Positions 21,507-29,258 of a stretch of 64,000 nt of DNA are shown here, piece after piece. The position numbers were made by a program, and so were the translations under genes. Source of the stretch: Macrostomum lignano (lineage: Eukaryota); the NCBI GenBank assembly GCA_002269645.1, contig NIVC01000090.1, forward strand, positions 248,001 to 312,000, in the 5' to 3' direction. Position 1 is the stretch's first letter. Every line of letters begins with the position of its first letter. The notes under the pieces are model-generated. The model was not told the DNA's origin and did not search any database. It worked only from the letters and a program-made list of their open reading frames with translations.

Positions 21507-22583
21507 TCAGGTCAGCGGAATTATCTCTCTGGATGCGATTTTCCTCAGCTGGTCCAGCCTCCTCCTGGCGAAGTCGTCCAAGTTGTTGAACCTCTCGAAC
21601 TCCGACACCGCGGCGTCGACGGCTGCGACGTCGCGAGCGTCGGTAGCCGAAGCCAGCGACCTCACCAGCGAGAGCTCGTCGGTGTCCTTGAACGAGCCGC
21701 ACAGCCCAGCCAGCTGCTCCGTCTTCTCGCCGACTCCCGCAGCTCCTGAGCACAGCAGGCACAGACAGCTCTTGGCCAGGTGGTCCTTGGCTCCGAAGCT
21801 CAACAGACTGTGCTGCTCAGCCGACACTCCCAGATCCTCAAACTCCCGGGCTGCCTCTGCCAGCCTCCCGCAGTCCGCCATCAACTCCGCGGCCTTGGCG
21901 CGGCTGCCCGCAGCGCTGGCCGGACTGTCCTCGCCGCTCCAGAAGTCCGCCGCTCTCAAGTAGGCACCGATGGCCTCCTCGACTTGCTGAGACGCAGCCA
22001 GCAGGTCTCCAGCCTCCTCCAGCTGTCTGGCAGCGATGCTGAACTGGCCCTGCTCTGCGTACATCTCGGCCGCTTGCTGCAGGCACCGCACGGCCTTCGG
22101 TCTCGTGTCTGGCAGCTTGCGGTAGCAGTTCGCAGCCTCCGAGTAATTGTTGGCCGCATCGAGCTCGCGTCGCCTCTGCTTTGAGAACTGCTCGGCCGCG
22201 GATTCGAATTCCTGCCCAGCTTCGCACCAGTTTTGATGAAGCTTCAGCTGGTTTCCTCGGTTTACACATTTTTCTGCTTGCTTTCTAGACCTAGTAAAAA
22301 ACTTTCGAACGCAGCGGCAGAGGTTCTTTGACGCAGAGTACAATCTTTCAACGGTGATTATATTGGTAACGGTATTTTTATGTGTGTTTATTAGAGTCTT
22401 TACGTTTTGGAGCCCAAGATAAATCAAAACTATAATTCCAACGAAAAATACGAGCAATAACATATACTCGTAGTTGTCCATGATAGGAGCAAAGGACGAA
22501 CCGGCGTCGGAAACATCGTTGGAAACATTGTTGCCCTGGATCTTTAAATTAGTCAGGTTGGATCTGCTTTCGGCTGGCGGCAT
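21507..22583 (-). CDS. alpha-SNAP-like protein copy 8 (group A); short ectodomain plus TM
   Basis: ATG at 22583 with an in-frame stop upstream and an acceptor at 22621/22620. Sequons NLT and NVS precede YMLLLVFFVGIIVLIYLGL and the SNAP domain. Stop TGA at 21507-21509. Confidence 0.88.
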   Translation of the reverse strand: MPPAESRSNLTNLKIQGNNVSNDVSDAGSSFAPIMDNYEYMLLLVFFVGIIVLIYLGLQNVKTLINTHKNTVTNIITVERLYSASKNLCRCVRKFFTRSRKQAEKCVNRGNQLKLHQNWCEAGQEFESAAEQFSKQRRRELDAANNYSEAANCYRKLPDTRPKAVRCLQQAAEMYAEQGQFSIAARQLEEAGDLLAASQQVEEAIGAYLRAADFWSGEDSPASAAGSRAKAAELMADCGRLAEAAREFEDLGVSAEQHSLLSFGAKDHLAKSCLCLLCSGAAGVGEKTEQLAGLCGSFKDTDELSLVRSLASATDARDVAAVDAAVSEFERFNNLDDFARRRLDQLRKIASREIIPLT

Positions 22584-22859
22584 ACTCTCGGCTTAACGCT
22601 TCTGGAGGCTGAGCAAAGTTCTGTATTTTGATTAGTCCTAGAGCTGAAAAGAAGAAATGTATTATAACAAAAGACTTGGTATGAAATATCTTTGTTCAGT
22701 TCAAAGTTGTTTTGAGCACTGTCGCAAATCAAGGGGGCGACAGTCGACTCGGAGCCAGCGAGGAGGCAAGCAGTCAGGTATTTTCCACGGGCCGCCATCA
22801 CAAACCCGAAATACTTCAGTATAACTCAGGAAACCGAAATAGAGTAGACATTGTTGTCA

Positions 22860-23030
22860 TTTTTGGAGTTATGATATTTTGGGTTTATGATGGGTGTTGC
22901 TAGCAATTTTGGGTTTATGAAATTTGTGATATTTCGATTTTATGATAATTCGGGTTTATGATATTTTAGGTTTATGATATTTCGGGTTTGTGATATTTCG
23001 GGTTTATGATATTTCGGGTTTGTGATACGC
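22860..23030. repeat. ~16-bp degenerate minisatellite (tgatatttcgggttta)
   Basis: Directly visible tandem units. Confidence 0.85.
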
Positions 23031-23099
23031 TCGTATTTGGGTTGAGGATGGAAATCACTTCCCCCCCCTATTCCACAGACGTTTGAACACCCCTCCTGA

Positions 23100-23285
23100 A
23101 CAGCTGACCCCAATCTAGCTCAGCCAATGAGAGAGAAGAAAGGCGAGTGGCCAAGCACAGATGGACGAAACTAATCTTAGGGGGTAGGCTCAATCCAGCT
23201 CAGCCAATGAGAGAGCAGTAAGGAAAGAGGGTCAAAGTCAGACACAAGCAGGCAAGAGGAAAGACTGTTTACCGGCTGTTAATCG
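23100..23285. repeat. second copy of the CAGCCAATGAGAG-containing dispersed repeat
   Basis: Matches 1464-1745 (gacgaaact..., ctcagccaatgagagag, aagtcagacacaagc). Confidence 0.8.
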
Positions 23286-24254
23286 GCCTGACTGAGGGGG
23301 GGGGGCGCCACCCCTTTGCTCTCTTGCTCGCTTGTTTAGTTTAAAAGTCTAAACAAGCTTATCAAGAAACGAGAAAAGAAACGAAAAGAACGGAGTCTTA
23401 AACGTTAGGGATCATGTTTCTTCACGATTCACCATTCTAAGTATGCCTCATAGTTAGTTAATCAATCAGTGAAACAAAAAACTAATAACACACAAGACAA
23501 AATCTTAGTCTGAAAATTGTAACATTAAGCATATATTTAACCTCATTCTAGCGTTTGTTCAACAACATATCGTTATTTTCATCAACGAATATTATTTTTA
23601 CAATACATGAAAATTTCTTTGATAAATCTGAGTTTTGGAGAAGAGCCAAAATAAAAACAGGGCAAAAAACAAAACAAAAAATTTATTAGAACAGCATGAA
23701 AAAAACTCCAAAAGTATGAATTGAAAATTACAACAGACGATAACAACTTCTAACTGCTGTTTTAACTTTAACAGTTAAAAGTGTGACCAAACTTTATATT
23801 ACCGTGCAGTTCGGTTAAATTTTTAGTCAAGAAAAAACATTCAAGGTTATCGCAATATTTAAGTATTTATATACAAATAGCAAATAAATAACAAAACAAT
23901 CACTTGTTTTGACTGTTGTTTTGATATGGCATCATCATTAGGCTGATATAGGAAGTTTATGAAAATTAATACCAATTGATCCCCCTCTCTATAGTAACAA
24001 AATATTTTAGAGCCAATGTACAAAACACTAAAAAGTTACTAGGGGCTTGGGCAATTAAATTATTTAATTCAAAATACACAGATAAAAAACTTATAAAACA
24101 AGTACCAAGAGCATCCTTTTAATTTTGTGTATGTTAACGTCTTCTGTATGCTATTATTGTTATAACATAATTAGTGTTATTCATCACCACACAACAGTTT
24201 CGCCAAACAAGAAATTGTAAGTCGGGACGGATTAAAACAGTCAACTTCTTCTCT

Positions 24255-26585
24255 CTAAACAAGCTCAACCGTCGACGGCGTCGAGCTCCGATAATTTTTA
24301 CGAGCATCTTGTATCCGGCGCATGTCGAACTCGTCCAAATTGTTGAATCTCTCGTACTCGGCCACCGCCTTGTCGAAATCATCGACACTGTTGGCTGCGG
24401 CAAGACCTTTGACCAGAGCGAACTCGTCACTTCTAGCGAATGACTCGCTCTTGGCTGCCAGTTCATCGGCCTGTTTTGAGCAGGCTTTGGGATTCATTGC
24501 AAGGCACAGGCACGACTTGAGCATGTGATCATTGGCTCCGAACTGAAGCAGATCGTGGCCTTGAGCCTCTTCACCCAGCTTTGCGAATTCGTTGGCAGCA
24601 TCACGGAATTGGCCCGAATCGCCAAGCAAAATGGCCAGTTTGGTTCTACAGCTTGCGGCACTGGCGACACTGTTCTCAGCACTGAAGTAGTCTGCTGCCT
24701 TCTGGTAGCGGTTTATGGCTTCTTGCATTGAATTCGCATCGCTTACTAACTCAAAGCTGCTGAGCTCAGGATCGGAACTGTTCTGAGTACTCAAAGCGGG
24801 ACGTTTCCTTGCCAATTCCTCAGTCAGCTCACCGGCTGTCTCCATCAGTCTGGCCGCAATGCTGAACTGGCCGACTTCGCAGTAAAGTTGAGCTGCTTGC
24901 TCAAAGCAGTGAACGGCTTTGGATTTGTCCGTCTTGCAAAAACAGTTGGCAGCATTTTGATAGCAATCCGCCTGCTCGTGAATTGTGTTGCCACCTTGAT
25001 GACGAAATTTCTCTGCAGCTTGGGAGAATGCGTCTCCGGCTTCGCTCCACTTCTTTTCCAGTTTGAATTTGTTCGCTTTCTGCATCAGCGACTCAGCAGC
25101 ATCCGCATCAGGAAGTGTAGCCACGGCTGCATCTTTGAGCCATCTCCAACCAATTGAAATATTACTCGACCATGAACTTGATGATTGATGTTTACCACAT
25201 TGACTCTGTTCAGTGGCATTCGAATCTTCACTCACTGTTTGCTGACTCATCTGACCTTCGCTCTTTAGATTCAGATCTTCAGTCACTGGTTGCTGACTCA
25301 GCTGACCTTTAGCCTTTGTTGTCGGATCTTCAGTCACTGGTTGCTGACCCAGCTGACTTGTAGCCTTTGTTGTCGGATCTTCAGTCACTGGTTGCTGACC
25401 CAGCTGACTTGTAGCCTTTGTTGTCGGATCTTCAGTCACTGGTTGCTGACTCAGCTGACCTTTAGCCTTTGTTGTCGGATCTTCAGTCACTGGTTGCTGA
25501 CCCAGCTGACTTGTAGCCTTTGTTGTCGGATCTTCAGTCACTGGTTGCTGACCCAGCTGACTTGTAGCCTTTGTTGTCGGATCTTCAGTCACTGGTTGCT
25601 GACCAAGCTGACTTGTAGCCTTTGTTGTCGGATCTTCAGTCACTGGTTGCTGACCCATCTGACCTTTAGCCTTTGTTTCCGGATCTTCAGTCACTGGTTG
25701 CTGACCCTGCTGACCTCCAGCACTTGCCGGATTTTCAGTCACTGGTTGCTGACCAAGCTGACTTGTAGCCTTTGTTGCCGGATCTTCACTCACTGGTTTC
25801 TGACCCAGCTGACCTTTAGCCTTTGTTGTCGGATCTTCAGTCACTGGTTGCTGACCCAGCTGACCTTTAGCCTTTGCCGGATCTTCAGTCACTGGTTGCT
25901 GACCCTGCTGACCTCCAGCACTTGCCGGATTTTCAGTCACTGGTTTCTGACCCAGCTGACCTTTAGCCTTTGTTGTCGGATCTTCAGTCACTTGTTTCTG
26001 ACCCAGCTGACCTTTAGCCTTTGCCGGATCTTCAGTCACTGGTTGCTGACCCAGCTGACCTTTAGCCTTTGTTGTCGGATCTTCAGTCACTGGTTGCTGA
26101 CCCTGCTGACCTCCAGCACTTGCCGGATCTTCAGTCACTGGTTGCTGACCCAGCTGACCTTTAGCCTTTGTTGTCGGATCTTCAGTCACTGGTTGGTGAC
26201 CCAGCTGACCTTTAGCCTTTGTTGTCGGATCTTCAGTCACTGGTTGCTGACCCAGCTGACCTTTAGCCTTTGCCGGATCTTCAGTCACTGGTTGCTGACC
26301 CAGCTGACCTTTAGCCTTTGTTGCCGGATCTTCAGTCACTGGTTGCTGGCCCAGCTGACCTTTAGCCTTTGTTGCCGGATCTTCAGTCACTAGTTGCTGA
26401 CCCAGCTGACCTTTAGCCTTTGCCGGATCTTCAGTCACTGGTTGCTGACCCTGCTGACCTTTAGCCTTTGCCGGATCTTCAGTCACTGGTTGCTGACCCA
26501 GCTGACCTTTAGCCTTTGTTGTGGGATCTTCAGTCTTTGTTGTCGGACCTTTACTTCGAATTGAATATGATATTTCAGCATTCAT
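24255..26585 (-). CDS. alpha-SNAP-like protein copy 9 (group B); ~25-26 x 16/17-aa GQLGQQPVTEDP(T)TKAK repeats; no TM in the ORF
   Basis: ATG at 26585, 4 nt after a CATTCAG acceptor. The SNAP domain is close to that of copy 7. Stop TAG at 24255-24257. Confidence 0.85.
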   Translation of the reverse strand: MNAEISYSIRSKGPTTKTEDPTTKAKGQLGQQPVTEDPAKAKGQQGQQPVTEDPAKAKGQLGQQLVTEDPATKAKGQLGQQPVTEDPATKAKGQLGQQPVTEDPAKAKGQLGQQPVTEDPTTKAKGQLGHQPVTEDPTTKAKGQLGQQPVTEDPASAGGQQGQQPVTEDPTTKAKGQLGQQPVTEDPAKAKGQLGQKQVTEDPTTKAKGQLGQKPVTENPASAGGQQGQQPVTEDPAKAKGQLGQQPVTEDPTTKAKGQLGQKPVSEDPATKATSQLGQQPVTENPASAGGQQGQQPVTEDPETKAKGQMGQQPVTEDPTTKATSQLGQQPVTEDPTTKATSQLGQQPVTEDPTTKATSQLGQQPVTEDPTTKAKGQLSQQPVTEDPTTKATSQLGQQPVTEDPTTKATSQLGQQPVTEDPTTKAKGQLSQQPVTEDLNLKSEGQMSQQTVSEDSNATEQSQCGKHQSSSSWSSNISIGWRWLKDAAVATLPDADAAESLMQKANKFKLEKKWSEAGDAFSQAAEKFRHQGGNTIHEQADCYQNAANCFCKTDKSKAVHCFEQAAQLYCEVGQFSIAARLMETAGELTEELARKRPALSTQNSSDPELSSFELVSDANSMQEAINRYQKAADYFSAENSVASAASCRTKLAILLGDSGQFRDAANEFAKLGEEAQGHDLLQFGANDHMLKSCLCLAMNPKACSKQADELAAKSESFARSDEFALVKGLAAANSVDDFDKAVAEYERFNNLDEFDMRRIQDARKNYRSSTPSTVELV
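25220..26540 (-). repeat. coding 48/51-bp tandem repeat in copy 9
   Basis: Units of 16 or 17 codons keep the frame open over ~1.3 kb. Confidence 0.92.
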
Positions 26586-27599
26586 TGTTCTGAATGCTCT
26601 TAAAAATCTTAGAAATTCAGAAATAAAACGTAAATATCGTTATTACGCAAGTAAATATTGATCATAACAGTAAGAAACTGCCACTGTTTTACAGTATAGG
26701 AATGATAAAATTTGTAGAATATAAATTTTAGTACAGGTTGATTGGATTGTTCGCTTCGAAATCGTGCCATGACAACATGACATCGAAGATGATGTATTTT
26801 AAAAGCTTTTAAAATGCTTTTTAGAGACTACAGATAAGTCAGAAAAATAATGTATCAATGGCACGTTTTTTGACTTATCTAATAACCTCCAAAAGGATAA
26901 GATACAAATAGTAATTTATAAAGGAATTTAATATAGCCACCTCTACTAAATTTTGAGAATTTAATCATAATTGAACGAAAAAGCATTAAAACTTAATAGA
27001 GGTCGTAATTTTTTGAACGAAAGTAGTTAACTGAATTACTGAAAATCTTTACATTTCTACTAGCAGTAGAGTAGTATGAAACTGACTATCGAAAAAAGTT
27101 ACTACTGAATCGGTTTGAAAATATCGATTTGAAACTATTGTTTCTTCTGCAGTCTGAGACGTACAATACAAACTGTGGGTGTTTTGCACAATGCAAGAAG
27201 TATTCAAACTTTAGCTATGCTTTAAACCCATAGTGAGGAATTACTATACTACTAAGAAAAATTAATTCTAGATACTAATTTGCTCTCATCCATAGAAAAC
27301 AGATTGCTATAGCTAGTAGAATTTACAAGATAATTATGAGACTTGCAAAGGCTCAATTATACAAGTTCTTATCAGATTACTTTAAGTAGATAATGAAGAA
27401 TAGTGTCAGGCCATGGCTGTGTACAAGTACATGTACTTGTAAAGTGTTGTGATAATAAACCTGATAAAAATCCTATCCTGTAATCAGTGGTCAGCTCAGA
27501 TTTGCTATTAAATCATAGCAGAGTGACCTGAGAGGTCAGCCAACTTTGCCCACTTGCTTGCATGCACTCACACAGGCATATATATATTGCGCATTTGTC

Positions 27600-29258
27600 C
27601 CTGGAATTTTCCCTACATGTACAAAAACCCCTCATTAACTCCTGACTGACTCACAAGAAGACCCAGGGGTTCACTCAAGGCAGCTCTAGGGCTGCTGGAC
27701 TTACTGGGCTCTGGCGGCGGCAACCCATCCGTAGTCTTGACTTCTGTCATGGCCCCACTGGGTATGAGCTCCGCCCGGAAGTGAACTTGTGCTTATCAGG
27801 AGGTACCTCTGGCCACGGCTCTGAGGAACAGGTATCACCCTCTGACTTTAACAGGGTATGCGGCCAGTCCACAGGCTCTGGGGACAGCCTAATTTGTCCC
27901 CCTCAAGGGCCCAGTGTAACACCGAGCTGATGGTCCTTTGGTTCGGTCTCTAGTTTCTCCAAGCCAGGGAGTTTCTCAGTTGATAGCGGTCGGGCCGGTT
28001 AGGGCCTAAGGCACCATTGGCGCTTGGGGTTACAGCTCAGCAGCTTCTCAACTCTAGTCCCAACCCATTGGCCTTTTAGCGATTCATGAAGTATTCATTT
28101 ACTTCCGACGCGTCCGTGGCTGCTGGAGCGCCAACCGAGGGTGGTACCGCGGCCCAGCCGGACATTCGCAACACCGGAGCCTCCTGTGACTCTCATTCAG
28201 CCCCTGCCGCCACTCAGGACAATACCGAAGTTGGCTGGACAACAGGACAACAGGACAACAAACCTCTAAAAAGAAGGCCTGTAGAATTTCTCGCTACAAA
28301 GCTTTTCTCCAGCGCAAAGCGAAGGAACGGAGGAGTGCGAAAGCCGCCCCTCCGGCCACCTCCGAGGAGGGTGCCGGTAACTCTGCGAATCCTGCGGAGG
28401 AGCCGACATCCGACAGGGGGCGCGGGACCCGCGCGCCGGTCGGAAGCGTCAGGTGCCGCCAAAGCTCCTGGTGCGGCTGGCTCCTCCCGTGGTGGGACCT
28501 CTGCCCGTGTGGAAACTCCTACGGCCGCGGGGGGATCCAAAGCAGAGGATGTTGGCCAAACCACCAAGCCAAAGCGCACCTATGCGGCTATGGCCAAATG
28601 GCAGCCGGCCCTGATCATCCCAGGCCAGGGGACGCCTCCTTCGGTCAAACAGCTCGACCAAATCTGGCGCAGGTTATATTCCCATCGGGTCAAGTTGGCC
28701 TTGAGCGGTACCATCATTCAAGACCTAAAGACGAAAGTTGAGGACCACACCCTCCACATCCAGCCCATCTACAGCCAGTTTGGACAGCAGCTCTTCAAGA
28801 TGCTGAAAGCCTTCGACTGGAATACGGAGCTGTAAACCTGTTCATCTACAGGGAGGATGAACGACCCCGGACACACCGGCACCGTGCCTGGATTCCGGCT
28901 CACAGTTCCATAACCAAAGCCGACGAGCTGCGCCACCTGCTAGTGGCTACCAATCCGGAGCTGCCGACCAATGGCGTCGTAGTTCACGAGACCATCTCCA
29001 TGTAAGCCGCAGACGGTTTCACGGCAATCCTCGGACTACTGGATAGCTGGATGCTCGCGCAAATCCGCAGAGCTTTCGGCGCTACCTGGGGCCTCACCCC
29101 CGCCTCTGGTGGATTTACACTGCCGTTGTTAGACCGGCCATCTCCTTCACCGGCTTCATTTGGAAGTGCTCTCGAGGTGAAAGGGGTTCTTAAGGCTCTA
29201 AACAGGGTGCAAGGCCGCGCTTGTCGAGCTGTCATGAGCGCGGCTCCCTCTACACCCT
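27600..29258 (+). mobile_element. 5' part of a decayed non-LTR retrotransposon (RNase H-bearing, LOA/R1/I-group-like): UTR, ORF1 remnant, and post-RT ORF2 remnant
   Basis: GC-rich ORF 28086-28835 continues as RAWIPAHS...LVATNPELPT. This is followed directly by RRAFGATWGLTP, (frameshifted) WIYTAVVRPAISF and RVQGRACRAVMSAAPSTP, which resemble post-RT LINE motifs. The left boundary is approximate. Confidence 0.7.
28086..28835 (+). pseudogene. LINE ORF1 (gag-like) fragment
   Basis: Low-complexity basic/Pro/Ala-rich ORF upstream of LINE ORF2 remnants; interrupted by a stop. Confidence 0.55.

Noticed and set aside
41-22269. Many short ORFs overlapping the SNAP cores, including Arg-rich MPAVLRSCGSRR...RRSRRRSRRRR and plus-strand MLNLSNSDT...
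   Set aside because: These are alternative-frame and antisense shadows of a GC-rich repeated CDS. They recur only because the core is duplicated, have inconsistent starts and ends, and show no recognisable domain.
25290-26393. 367-aa plus-strand Cys/Leu-rich ORF
   Set aside because: Antisense frame of the copy 9 coding repeat, with a non-ATG start and confined to the repeat.
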